In this document: one piece after another, positions 1-13,328 of the stretch
How the letters are laid out: each line of letters starts with the position of its first letter
Numbering within the stretch: position 1 is the first letter of the stretch
DNA from: Blastocladiella emersonii ATCC 22665
Taxonomy: Eukaryota; Fungi; Blastocladiomycota
Direction: 5' to 3'
DNA length: 64,000 nucleotides
Assembly: GCA_025594325.1 (NCBI GenBank)
Contig: JANHCV010000009.1
Coordinates: forward strand, 1,488,001 to 1,552,000
The notes under the pieces: generated by a model
Database searches by the model: none
Seen by the model: the letters and a program-made list of their open reading frames with translations, nothing else
Told to the model about the DNA's origin: nothing
Made by a program: the position numbers and the translations under genes

Positions 1-758
1 CGGCCATGGGTGAGGAAGAGAGCGAGGACAAAGGGGATGTACAAGAGTGACGATCTGGATGTCGTGAGGATGAGGTGCGTGCACGGCGACCAGAGCGGCG
101 GAACAGGAGCACGGGTTTAGGCTCGAGCATGTCAACCGACGACCAAAAGTCGCTGCGCCGTGTTTCTCGGCAGGTTGTTGCGGCGGTCGCGCGGGAAGTC
201 GAGGAGGAACGCGGCACCGATACAAGGAGCGGGCTGCTCGCGCGCATGCTTTGCGCCGCACGGCGCGAGGTTGCGGCCATGTATGCAGTGGTCGTTGATT
301 TGCGACGGCAGGAGCGCGATGCGTTGGAGGCGACCTCAAGGGGACACCCGAGCCGTAGAAGCAGCTGAGGCGGGAGCGCCGAGGTGCGCGTGTCGTTGAT
401 GAAGATCGTGTGCGCGAGTCGGGTAGAATGTTGAGGAGAACAGTAGCGAACAGCATTCGATGCGCGCGCGCGAGAAGGTTATGACGTCGTTGTTGGTTCA
501 CGTCGCGCCGCGCGACAGTTGATGCGCGTGTAGCGGACGATGTGCGTCGACAGGAAAAGCTCGCGGTCTACAAGCGGGTTTTGAAGGTTAGTCTCGAGCG
601 CAAGGTTTTGAACGGACGTAGGGATACGTACAAGGAGAGAGTTCGAAAAGAGTTGGGAAGCAACGAAAGTAGGATCGCGACAAGTAGAGCGCCAGAGGTG
701 GTCAGGAGCGAGACCGCGGGCAGCGCGCGATGGTAAACACGAGATGACCCAGCGTCGC

Positions 759-3700
759 TCAATCAAAGATCTGGAGCTCCTCCTCCTCCTTGCCCTCTTC
801 GACGACTTTGGCCTTCTTGCGCGAGTACGGGCGGAGCCAATCGGGTAGATCGTCGTCAGCGCTCGAGGGCTCACGGCGAGGGATCGGAATGCCAAGCAGG
901 AAGGAGAGGCCAGTTCCGTAGACGGGTTGACGAGGAGGAAAAGCCGTTACCGCGGAGGACGAGTCAGACGCGTTACCCGGAGCCGCTGCGCAAGGCGAGA
1001 AAGTAGCGGACGACGTCGGCGAGGTTGAGCGGAAAGCGCTGCCGAGAAGGTCCAAGAGGTTGTTGTCGCGGCCGCCGCTCCTGCCGCCGGGCATGACGCG
1101 CTTGGGCTCAGGCGCAGCGTCAAGAACACTGCGCGCTGCGCTGTCGAGCTGGTGCTCGAGGCTTTCCACCTCGCGGTTGTGAACAATCTTGCCGATCCAG
1201 TCCGCGAGGCGATGAGCACTGCTGTCTTGGGGTGCCGGCGCGGGACCGCGGCTGCCACGCGCGCGAGCGGTTGCACGAGCGGAGTCGAGAGAAGCCAAGC
1301 GAGCCCGGACGTTGCGTGAGAGCTGGCTCGACGGCGAGGCCGAATCGTGCGTGCTGCCAGTAGCGGACGTGCTGTTGAGGGCCTGCGTGAAGTGCGAGCC
1401 CGACGTATCCATGGCCGATGAGTCGCCCGAGTCGAGATTCGACGGTGACGCGGCGCGCGAGTCGGACTTCATAAACTTGGTCCCATGTGCGTCAGTCGAC
1501 GAAGAGGAAGCGCCAGAGTCGACGCACCCCGCCGAGCGCGGCGCAGTACCGGTCGCCGCGAAGCTGTTGGTCGCGATGGACACGGCGCCAGCGGTTGGCG
1601 AGGTACGAGTGGAGAATGGTGCCGAGCTCGCGGTCAAGACGCTGTCAGAAGTTACCGAGGTGCCGTTGAGCGACATGGATCCTGAGCAGCCGGGGACCGT
1701 GGCGGAGCGAGTGTTCAAAGATGGCGAAGCGGCGGCCGCCGAAACCGAGGCGTCGAGTTCCATGAAACTGGATGCGGGCGCGCCGAGTTGCTGCTGGTCA
1801 CCAAGAGAAATCGAGTCGAGCGCCGCTGCCAATGGCGGAGCGGAAGGTAATGGAAGCGGGATGGTCAAGCCAGTCAGCGTGCGCGGGTTGATGCGGGCGC
1901 GCTTCGAGACAATGAAGAAGCCGAGCGCAATCGAGTTGGTCGGGTCCACGTCGTCAAACGCGCGCTTACGCGGCCGTACCACGCCGTACTCGGACGGCAA
2001 TGAAGACGAGGAGGCCGTGAACGCTGCTCCAGGTGCGAGAGTTGGTACGGGAAGAAGCGCCGCCGCGGCAACGGGCGCGAGCACGGGTTCCATGGCCAAG
2101 CCACCCGTCTTTCTCGATGCCGAAGTGTCGGCCGAGACCATGGTCACGTCGGTCGCAGGGGTCGCAGAACGTGACGGATGGTCGGGCACGGGGGCCGTAG
2201 TGGCCGAAGCTGCAAAATGTTCCGGGTCGAGGCAGGGGGCGTCGTGGATGCTGAGCTGCTCGAGCACGTCAGCGAGCGGGCCCGGCGGGCGATCAGACGG
2301 GCGCGGATCGACCCGCATGCGCTTGTCGCGGCCGGATCCAGACCCGTAGCCCGTAGCGTACGTCGTCTCGGTCTCCGAGTAGCACCGCTTGCCGGCCCGC
2401 GCCAGCATGTCGGCGGCCGACGGTGGTGGACCCGACATGAACGTGGCGGGCACGCCGAAGGCAGCGCGGTCACTCGATGGCTCAGGAACGGGTGCGGGAT
2501 GGACGTGTACATCTGCGGAAACGATAGCTGCGTCTGCGACGGGCGAAGCGGTCGGTTCCACGCGCGGGACGCTGTCCGAGAACGAGTTGGGCGTGGACTG
2601 CGCGCGATCGAGCGGATCGGGAACGAGTGCAGCCGTTGCTGTGACCGCGGTGGTAAGCCGGTCCGTGACGGCCGCGTCGGTGCGCAGTGAGTCTCGATGA
2701 GCGGCGCCACGGCAAAAGCACTCGCGGACGCCCGAGATGGCGGCGCGGGCGCCTCCTGGACCACGACCGAGGACGCGGGCGCGAGCGGCGCACGAGCGGC
2801 GCAGTCCTGCGTCGACACGTCGGCAATCACCGCGGCGACGGAGGTGGGAGCGACGAGCGAGGCCGTGGAGCCGCCGAGCTGCACCTGCACGTCGCGCACC
2901 TGCAGCTGGTCAAGTCGCGAGGTCACGCACGCGGGCGGCTGCGCCGGAGAAGCGGCAGCAGCGTGGCGCTCAATCGACTCGGAGGCGACCGCGTCATAAC
3001 CAGCCGTCGCCGCGACACCCGCCCGAGTCGGCAGAGGCGACGTAGCGATGGGCGCTGGGACGACCGGGACAGGGCTAGCGAGTGCACCGCCGTCGAGCGT
3101 CCAGGCGGGAGGAGCTACGGGCGAGGCAGCGCGTGTGACAGGGTCGCGGGCCTCGACGAGCGTGGAGCTGGCCGTAGACGGACCCGAAGCAGCAGGACAC
3201 ACAGGTTCGGCGTCGACGACGACCAGCGACTGGTGCTGCGAAGTTGCGGCGGCGGCGCGAGCCGAGGTGCGCGAGGTCGGGTAGACGGCCGTCACCGCGG
3301 ACGGGCTGCCCGTGTGCTCTTTGGAGAGGTGACGACGACGGGGAGCCGTACGGGGCGCGCGGTAGAGCTGCAGCAGCATGGTCGACGCGCCGTCCATCGA
3401 CAGCTGGCGGTACAGATGGTGGCGGCTGGCCTTGGCGATGGCCGTAGTCTTGCGCAGCGGGCCCGACTTGACCATGAAGGTCACGTCGGACGCGGGCACG
3501 CGAGTAGTGGAAGACGTCTCAGAGGCAGGACGAGGAACTACCAGTCGAATTGAGAGCAGTCAGACTATGCGAGTCACGACTCTTCCTAGCGTAAACTCGA
3601 TCGTACCAGGTGCAGGAATCCACGTCGGCGACATGCACGAGACACTGGGCTGCGACTCGACCGTGACGAGCGGAATCGCGCTGACGTGGGCTACAAGGAT

Positions 3701-6136
3701 CGGGTGTTAGTGACGACGCTCGGGACGCTCGACCAGTCATTTGGCAAGAGTGTACCGTGGTAGGCGGGCAGAGCCGGGATCAGAAGCTGCTGGTAGTACT
3801 GCAGCGGATGCGTGGCCGGAGCAGTAGACGTGGTTGAGTTGACGAGCCGAGTTGGCGCGACGAGGCTTGCGGATACGGGTTCGGCAGTGGCGCGGACGAT
3901 CGAGGGCGGAAGCGACGCGTGGAGGGCTTTGGGAGCAAGATGAGGGACAGGACGGGCGTCGACCGGCGCGTCGTCTGGCGAGAGCGCCGAGCCGGAAGCC
4001 GCTGCGCGATGGGCGAGATCGGCGGCGGTTGGGTCGCACGTGGGGACGCGGTCAGACTCGGCCTTGACGGTCAGCCGCGTGTCAGAGTCGGCAGTGCGGT
4101 TTACGACGGCGGTCACGGCTGCGTTGGGCAGCACTGCGGAAGACTCGTTGGCGACCGTGGTGGTCTCGTTCGGCGGTGCCGAGATCATGTCCATGACGGG
4201 CGGTGGAGAGCGAGTGCCCGGCCCGGCGGCGGTCGAGTCGCGGCCAACGGGGCGGTCCGTCTCGACCTCGACCGCCGGCTGCGCGTCGAGCAGCGCAGCG
4301 GGCGACTTGTCGGCGACAGCAGCGAGCACGATAGCGACAGACGACGGGGGCGAGACCACTTCCACGACGTGCGTCGACGCACTGATCGGCGGGTCCGAGA
4401 AGTGGACCGAAACGGGCATGACCTGCTCGACCTGGCGACGAGGATCAGCGGCGGCGGCATGACACGCGTCAGCGGTAGTAGAAGTCACGGCGACCATTGT
4501 TCCGAGAACTTGCGGCGCAGCAGCGGGTGACGCGGCCGCGGCGATGCAGGTGACGGGCGGATCAACTGCGCGAGTGGCCGCCGAGCTGGCGACGGCGACT
4601 GGTGGCGGGCCCGTGACGGCAGACTGCTGCTGGAACGAGTCGTGAGCGACGGCGGGAACACGGGCCACACCAAGCGAGCCGTCCGCGATGGCCGAGGCTG
4701 GCGCGGCGAGATGGGCCCGGATCTCGATGGCCGAGGTAATGGTGCGCACCGCGCCACCGGTAGTTGACGAAGAGGAGGAGGCGGACGATTTGCGGATCTC
4801 CTTGGCGCACTCGAGCTGGGCCGCCAGGATAGCCGGCCGACCCACCGGGACAGCGAGTTGAAGCGCGGCGGGCAGCGTGGTCCCGGCCGTCGAGATGTCC
4901 TTGGCGACGAGCGGGACTCGGTTCGGGTGAACACGAGCGACCGAGACCTGCGTGGCCAGCACGTCGACGCCCGAGTCGGCCTTCTTGAGTGGCGGCGGCA
5001 CGCGGCGCGCCAGCTGAATCGACTCGGAGGTGCTAGCCTGCTTTCCGAGAGCGCGCGCTGGAACAGACACGAAGGCGCGGACCGCGTACGAGACGGTCGT
5101 GATCTTGGCGTCGGCGGTTACCGGCGCGAGAAGGCGGCGGGTCGGGTCGATGGACGACTCGGAGCCGATCAGTTGGGTTGCGCCAGAAGTAGTCGCGGTA
5201 GAACCCGTCGTCGACCGAGTCTCAAACTTGGGGAAGTTGGGCACTACACGCAGGGTGGTTAGCTTCGGGTACAACCATAGCATGTCCGAGTAGCAAATCG
5301 TACCCGTGGGCTTGCTGAAGGTACTGGAACGAGCCATGATCTCGGTCGAGCTGAATGACGTGGGCGGGAGGGGAGGCAGCGGCTGCGCGGTGCCCGTGGC
5401 GGTCGTCGGCATGTTGGACGGCGGCACGACGGGCGGAAGAGTGAAGCCGACCGGGATCGCGGCGGGCATGAGGATAGGAGCGCGGAGCGTTGTGGCAGAC
5501 GATTTGGTGCGCGGGAGGAGGTGAGGAGACGCTGCTGCCGTTGCCGAGCGACGGGCCATTTCCGAGATACGGGGTGATGCCGAGCGGGTCGCGGCCGAGA
5601 AGCGGTTGGAGGTCGGCTGCCGGACAGGCCACGGCGTGGAGCGGCGGCGCTGGCGCCGGATCATGTCGTTGATATAGACGAGCGGGTTGCGGAGGAAGGC
5701 GGCCGAGAAGTCGGCGCAGTCGACGATGGAGATGGCGAGCTTGCGGATACCGCGATAGACCGAGCCGGCCGTGTCCTTGACCATGGCCATGATGGCGGTC
5801 CACACGCTGCGCCACGGGAACGACTGTGAGGCCGGAGCGCTGACAAAAGAAGCCTACGAGCGAGTCGGCAGGGCGAAGTCAGTCGCGGAATGTTCAGACG
5901 GTGATCGGGTTACGTACCTTGGTGTAGATCAGGGCAAACACAAACAGGCCGAGCGCAGCGGCGAAGAGCGCGAGACCGGCGACGAGGACGGGGACCGACG
6001 CGATGGCGGCGGCGTAGAAGGGGAGGGCGAAAAAGAGCCCGTCCGAGAACGCGCTCAGGCCGAGGAACGCGAACATGGCGACGACGCTGAGCACGAACAG
6101 CGCAAACGCGTCGACGAGGTACACGGGCGTGATCAT
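759..6136 (-). CDS. Large multi-exon Ala/Ser/Pro/Thr-rich protein with hydrophobic N-terminus (~1.7k aa); one apparent 1-nt frameshift near 2685
   Basis: ATG at 6136. GT..AG introns at 5917-5854, 3755-3691 and 3606-3538 join ORFs 5894-6181, 3691-5805 and 2144-3499 in frame. The coding-like frame then switches near 2685 to ORF 759-2561. Summed exons are 1 nt short of a multiple of 3. Confidence 0.6.
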
Positions 6137-8075
6137 GGTGGCGGTGGATTTCCGGGAGCTACACGATGGGTCCGGCCGCACAGTTTCAGCGGGAAGTTCG
6201 AGGTCGCGGTCAAGTCGAGCAAATCCATACGATCACGATGCAGAGAGATCACGGAGTGAGTGGTGCCGAGGTGTCGGCGTCGTTGAGCGAGCGAGCGACG
6301 CGTCGCGCCGTGTCTCGCAGGGCGCCATGCCGCGGGCGGAGACAAGTGAAGGGAGGCACGGGCAGCGCGCGAGCGTTCGTGTTCGCGGCCCGGTCGAGCG
6401 GGCGAGTGCCCTCGAGCCGACTTCCGGTCATCGTCTCCCACGGCGTGCAGCGACCGGCTGATCCGCCACGACACGTCGACCCACACGGCGGCGACGTGGG
6501 CAGTGCCAGCGACGAGAAGGTTCGAGTCGGATCGACCGAGCGGATGGCGCAGATCGTGTTGCGCTCACGGTCTCGGGCGCGAGGAAGGCGGCGCCGAGGG
6601 CAGGTTGGGCGGGGCCAGTGGCAAGCGGCGCCACGGCAGCGAGGCGATCGTGGCGTCGAGTGGCGCGGCGCCGTGTCCCCCACCGCCACCCTTTTTCACG
6701 GCGGGAACAAGCGGCAGTCGGATCACGGATCATGAGGGGCAGGTCGCAGGCTGAGCTTTGAGGGCGCTCCCACGCGCGGTCGCGACCGGCGGGTCGGCGG
6801 CCCGGTAAGCGCGAGGATCTCACCAAAGCGTTCGCGGTGCACCAAGTAATCTGCTCCATCCCGACTCGGATCTCGAGGTGGCGGCCAGGGAAGCGACAGC
6901 AGCTGCGAAACGCGAAGATTACAGCGTGGCGCCCATGCGCACGTGATGCTATCTTCCCCTCGCCGAGACGCGTTCGCCTTGATCCTCGCGTTTATCTCTC
7001 CCTGGGATCGCCTTGGAGTCGGGCGAATGGAATACTCGATGCACTTACTCGCTTGAAAGTCGATCGGCTCAGCGCGGACCGGGCCGGCGGGTCGGCATCA
7101 GGAAGACCCCCCTTCCCCTTCTCTTCAATGCGCGGCCACGTCACGCTGACCGATCGCTTCCGTGCGTCTCTGTGGCAGCGCCATAGCCAGACACCCCGCT
7201 GATATGGGGCCAGGTACCCCCTCCCCTCAACACCCACTCGCGCGCAGGTGGGGGACACGCGCCGCCTCGCCTCGCCGTCATCATGACCGCTCGCTTGTTC
7301 GCACACCCTCCATCATCTCGCCCGACCTTCGAGATCGCCCTCGCCGTCGTCCCTGCACGCACCACCGACTCGATCCGCACCCTCGCCACCTTCACCACGG
7401 CCGCCGACCCCGCCGCGGTCGCGCCGCCCATCATCACCGCACATCATCACCGCCCGCATCACGACCACCCGCAACACGTTCCCGCGTCGCCGCGCTCGCT
7501 CTCGTGCATCGCGGTGGTGCGCGCGAACGGGAGACGGCGCGAGCGCGAGCGCCAAGCCGTACCGCGCGCGCCGTGCCTCCCTCGGCCGCCTTCTTCTTCA
7601 CCGCGTCGCCGCGCACGCTCGCGGGCACCGCGTCGCCGCACACGTTCTCGGGCCACGGCCGCTCTCCTTCCGCACGCCGCCTGCCGCTGCCCGAGATGTC
7701 TCGCATCACGCGACCCGCGCGCCGCCGTCTCCCTGCCACCACCGCCACCACGACGTCGCGCGCGCGTGCACCGTGTCTTCTCTCGCCGAGATTGTCTCAA
7801 ACCACCCGACGCGTCGCGCCACGCTGCCGCCCGCGCGCGGCCGCGCGCTCGAGACTTTGCTGCTTTAGCCCGTGGTCGTGCCGCGCCGCGCCGCGCTCGG
7901 ACCCCCTCCCTCCCTCCCTCCCTCCCTCCCTCCCGGTCCCGTTGACGCGCTTCCGCTCATCTCTCTCGCGCTCCTCATACCATCTCGACGAGTACGACCT
8001 CCTCTCTCGACGACCGCCGCCGCCGCGCGCTGACCTTGACCACCATCCATCGCGTAGCCGTGTTCCCCCCTCACC

Positions 8076-11000
8076 ATGAGCGCCCACGCCGACAACCCGT
8101 TCCCACCCCGCGCCATGTTGCGCAGCGACCACGCCGGCCACGCCTTCGCGTACGCGGTCGTACTCTACCTGATCCTGCTCGCCGGCTCTATCGTCTTTGA
8201 GTTCGGCCGCTTCTGCGCCGGCTACCTGTGGACCCCGATTTCTGTCATCACCACCCCCTGCACTCCCTTCCTCCTCGCCGTCGCGGCCTCCAGCGCCTTC
8301 AGACACGCGTGTAACTGCGCTCGCTGCCTCAAGGTACGGTTCGCGCGCGCACGCGTCTCCCGGACGACCATCACTGACGCGTCGACCTGTCTAGGATGCG
8401 TTCGACGTCGCCAAGGAGTCTTCCTGCCCTCATCCGGCCAGGGTGGACATGGTCGGCGACGCCATGCTCGACGCCGTGTGGATCCGCGCCGCCTGCTACA
8501 ACCTCGGCTTCTTCCTCGCGTCGTACCTCGCGCGCGTCATCATCGACGTGTCGCGCTCGATCCTCGGTCTGCTCGGCGCCCTCGCCGTCTCGATCTTCGC
8601 GTATCTCTTCTCCGCCGTGGCCTCGGCCCGCGCCCGCGCCCGTGTCGCCGACGCCGCCGTGTACGCGCTCGTGTCGTCCCCCATCACCCGGCCCCTCATC
8701 ACCGCCTATACCGCCGTCCGCCCGCACCTCGCTCGCATCGCCATCGACATCCGCAAGGCGTGCCCCACGTTCCTCAACTCGCTCTTTTCGGTCGCTCCCG
8801 CCAGCAACATCTCGGCCCCCGCCGACGACGCGTACGAGACCGTGCCTGCTCCCCTCTCGCCCATTTCCAAGTCCATCATGACCATGAAGAAGCTCCACCT
8901 CAAGGCCCTGATGTCGCAGCAGCCCCATGGCCCCGCCCCGCTCGACCAGTCCGCCACCACGGCTACCTCCTCCTCGACGCTGTTCCAGTCGCGCCCCTCT
9001 CGTCCCGATGCCCGCAAGTCGATTTACTCGGCGGCGACGACGGCCACCGCCGCCGCGGTTCCGGTTCCCCGCTACGACCTGCCCGCGTACCAGGCCGAGA
9101 CCGCCGCCGCCGCCGCCGCCAGTTTCGTGGGCCCCGCCCGCCCGATCCAGCACTCGTTCTCGGCCGTGACCGTTCCCGTGGTGTCGGCCATGTTCCGCGA
9201 GCCCGTCATCGTCCCGGCCGGCCTCGATCTCGACGCCAAGAAGCTCATCGAGGAGGTGCCCGCCAGTCGTCCCCGCTCGCCCATGACCGTGTTCCAGCTC
9301 TCCGCCAAGTACGAGCCCGCGCCCGCCGTCGACACCGCCGCGTCGCGCGTCACGACGGCCGAGATTGAGACCGACATCATCCAGTCGCCCGTCCCCGCCA
9401 ACACCTTCACCACGCGTGCCGCCGCCATCAAGCCGCCGCCGCTCGACCGCGCCGACTCGGGCGTTGACGTCCTCGACGCCGCGCCCGTCGAGCTGATCCA
9501 GCAGCCCGTCGACCAGGTCAACAGCACGGCCGCCGAGTCGGTCTGCTCGCCGGTCCAGGAGCCCATCTACCAGGTCAACAACGCGGCCGCCGAGTCGGTC
9601 CCGGTCCTGGTCCACGAGCCCGTCAACGTGATCGACACGTCGGTGGTCGCCGAGTCGGTCCACGCGCCCGCCATCGACATCTCGGCTGCTCCGCCGGCCA
9701 CGTCGGCCACGGCTGCTCATGATGGTACGTCGTCGCTCTTGTCGTCGCAGAGGCCGAATCCCCGCTAACCTTGAGCTCAATCCCTAGGCCCCGTCAAGCC
9801 CCTGCGCTACTTCAAGATCATCAACTACCTCGCCGTGACGGCCGCGTTCCAGCGGCAATTCGACAAGAAGTGGTCGGCGTACCACGCGATCTGCCCCAAC
9901 CTGATCCACGACAAGGCGACCAACACGCTCGCGTACGCGTACCCGGTCCCCAGCAACGACCACCTGCCCGTCGTTCCGCACCAGGTCAAGCTGCCGGCCT
10001 CGGCAATGACGGCGCGCCGCCGCGAGGCCAAGGCCGCGGATTCTGTCGGCGCGGCGCTCAGCTGCAAGTCGGGCAAGGCGGCGGTGCGGCAGCGCAGTTT
10101 CGCGCTCGACGCCATGCACCCGTCGCGCCGCGGCTCGGCCCGCAACCCGCACCACCACCACGCGGTCGTCGGCGTCCAGAGCGAGCTCATGGCTCGTGGT
10201 CTGGGCCCGTACGAGATTATGCGCCAGCTCCGGCAGGAGATTTACGGGTACACGGCGCAGCAGATCCCGCTGGGAGACAACATCACGCAGCAGCAGCAGC
10301 AGTTCCAGCAGTCGATGGTCCCGACCGCGTACCAGGCCGGGCTCGTGCCGCCGCAGTACCACCAGAACCAGGGCCACGAGGAGGGCCAGATCCACGCCGA
10401 CGACTCCATGGTCATGTGCACGCCGTCTTCGGCCCACCGCACTGTGCCCGACGTCAGCCAGCAGCAGGAGTCGTGCCCGCAGCCGTCCGTCGGCGACATG
10501 GACGACATGGACTGCTCGCCCTACCCTAGCGCCGGTCCCAGCGCGGCCCAGAACATGTTCCCGGTGCAGTACCAGTCGGCGCCCGCCATGCCGCAGCAGC
10601 AGTACCAGTCGGCGCCCGTCATGCCGCAGCAGCAGTACCAGCCGGCGCCCATGATGCAGCAGCAGTACCAGTCGGCGCCCGGCATGCAGCAGCAGCAGTT
10701 CCAGCCCGCGCCCGTCATGCCGCAGCAGCAGTACCAGGAGTACCCCTTCGGCGGGCCGTCCGCCTTCACCCACCTGGCGCCGCCGCAGCAGCAGATCGCG
10801 CCCGCCGCGCAGATCACGCCCATGGCCGCGCAGCAGCAGCAGTTCACGCCCGGGTCCACGTCGCAGGGCTTCCAGCAGCCGCAGTTTGCCGCGCAGCAGT
10901 TTCAGCAGCAAGTCGTGCAACCGTTCCAGATGCAGGTGCAGCAGCAGCAGCAACAGTTCATGGGCGCCGGCAACGACATGGACCTCGACTCGCGCGACAA

Positions 11001-11865
11001 CTCGTCGGCCGCGCCGGCGCAGTTCCACTCGGCTGCGGCGCCCGTGGCCACGGGCTACTACCAGCGGTCGTTTGCATCGAGTCTCGCTCATCAGCTGGCC
11101 GCCGTCGTCGTTCCCGAGGCCGACATGATGGACATTTCGTCGGGGCTGGTCTCCGCCGCGTCCGCCGCGCCCGAGGCCGTCATGACGGACGCGTCGCCCG
11201 TGCACGTCCCCGCCGCGGTGCCTGAGGCCGTCATGACGGACGCGTCGCCCGTGCACGTCTCCGCCGCGGTGCCCGAGGCCGTCATGGCCGAGTCGGGCGC
11301 GATCCAGGCCGCCTTCGAGATGTCCGACGACTTCGTCCTCTCCGCCGACACCATCAACGAGGTCTACGCGCTCGAGAACGACATGGACGACGTCGAGGAC
11401 CTGATCGAGATCATGGCCGACGAGCCGGCGTCGCCCGCCATCGACGGCAACCAGGGCACCGCACTCCAGCGGCTCCTGCAGCAGGCCGACGTCCCGCTCC
11501 CGCTCCCGTCCAGCGCCCAGCAGCCGCAGCAGCAGTTCATCGGCGTCCCGCTCCCGCTTCCGCCGCAGCCGACCCCGTTCGCCGCCGACGTTGCGGGCGC
11601 TGTGGTCTTTGACATTGACGACGACGAGGAGGAGGAGGAGGAGTACGTGGAGTACGACGAGGACTCGGACACGGGTGCCGCTGCGGGCGACGAGGACGCC
11701 GAGGACTCGGACGACGATATCGAGGTGTACGTGCACGCGCACATGGCCGAGGTCGAGCCGCCCGCGATCGCCGCCGTCAACATGCCCGGCAACCCCGAGT
11801 TCCTGCAGGCGCAGGCCGCGCACGCGGCGCAGCTTCAGCAGCAGCAGCAGCAGCAGCACCAGTAG
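8076..11865 (+). CDS. 3-exon protein (~1221 aa): hydrophobic N-terminus, Ala/Pro-rich middle, Gln-rich repeats (QQQYQSAPxM), acidic tract, poly-Q end
   Basis: Introns 8334-8394 and 9725-9787 (GTAC donors, CTGAC/CTAAC branch points, TAG acceptors) join ORFs 8076, 8443-9768 and 9835-11865 in frame; strong C/G-ending codon bias. Confidence 0.75.
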
Positions 11866-11899
11866 CTCAGGCTACATCAACTTCTACCGCGTCGCGCTC

Positions 11900-12650
11900 T
11901 GCGGCCTCGACTCGCGCGACTACTTCACGCTGGCGGCGGGCTCGGATCGTCATCTCGACCTGTCGCTCCATTCGACTCTTCTTCCACAACAACTCCAAGC
12001 TCGCGGTCTCGACTCGCGTACGGCGGCGCGTTCGGCTCGTCATCTCCGACCTGTCGCCGTCCTCTTCCTCCTGTTCTTCAAGTTTGCGTTCTCAACATCG
12101 ACTCAACTCGCTCGCGCGTCATCTTCGCGGCCGTGGCCGGTTCAGCTCGTTTTCCCTGTACCCGTCGCTCGCCCCCTACCTCCTACCTCCCGTCGGCAAC
12201 TTTGCGCTCGCGGCCTCGACTCGCGCGTGCCGGTACGCGCTCGTGCAGCGGCTCGCACACGGCATCAAGTCCGGCTCGTCGTCCCCGGCCCACTGTTCGG
12301 CTACTTCCCGTCGGCCTCGACTCGTGCTCGCTGGGCCGTCGGCCCGCGTACCACGGCGGCAACTGGATCATCATCCCCAGCCTGTCGCCCCGTCGGCCTC
12401 CTTCACCAAGTTCGTGCTCGAAGCCTCGACTCGCGCGTCTCGGTTCGCGCTGGAACCTCGGTTCGCGCACCTCGGTCGACTCGAGCTCGCTGGGCCTTCT
12501 GCTCGCGCACCTCGACCTCGACACTTCGGCTTCGACTCGCGCTTGAGGATTACCTCGCGCACGTCGGCCTCGACACGAGGACATCGACTCGCGCTTGAGG
12601 ATTACCTCGCGCACCTCGACCTCGACACGTCGGCCTCGACTCGCGCCAGC
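11900..12650 (+). repeat. Dispersed degenerate repeats of motif (GC)CTCGACTCGCG downstream of the Q-rich gene
   Basis: Motif recurs at about 11903, 12007, 12212, 12313, 12423, 12531, 12585 and 12633; the block CGACTCGCGCTTGAGGATTACCTCGCGCAC is duplicated at ~12533 and ~12585. Confidence 0.6.
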
Positions 12651-13328
12651 AGCGGCATCCGCGCGCGCATAGCGGCGGGACCGGATCATCCTCCCCGTGT
12701 TCCCGTCGCCCGTCATCCTCCCCCTCCTCCACACCCTTCGCGCGGCACCGGCTGGATCATCCTCCCCGTCCCACTGTCGCTACCCTCCCTCGCCCACACG
12801 GCGCGCGGTCGGGTCGTCATCCCGAGCCGCGGCGCTCTTCGTTGTTCACCCATTTTTGTACCTCTTAGACTGTATACCAACCCTTTTCCTGCCCATCCAT
12901 GGTCTCGATTAATTAAATCTGAGTCTCGCTCAGGGTTGACGCGCTGCTGGTCGCGGCGGGTGGGGCTTGGTCGCTGCGGGCTGAGCGACGCGTCGCGTTT
13001 CAGCCTCCTCACGCGCGGTGCTGCGTCTCGACCTGCCTCGAAGACCCCTAAGAAGACGGGGAAAGGTTGATATGCGATGATGAGGAATAGGTTGGATTTT
13101 GCGGAGTGCGGACAGGTACAGAGAACAAGGAAACTAATCAAACAAAACACTCGAGAGCCCGCGGGCCGCCGAAAGCGCGGGTCGGGTCGGCGTCCCCGCA
13201 TCGAAAGTCTATAGCGCACGCGGCCCGCCGTCGGTGTCGGGACCACGTACGCGCGTGATAGTGGCGGTGGTGGGTAACGAGCTGATGAAAGTGCGAGGCC
13301 GAGCCCGGAACCGCCGACCCAGAGCCGC

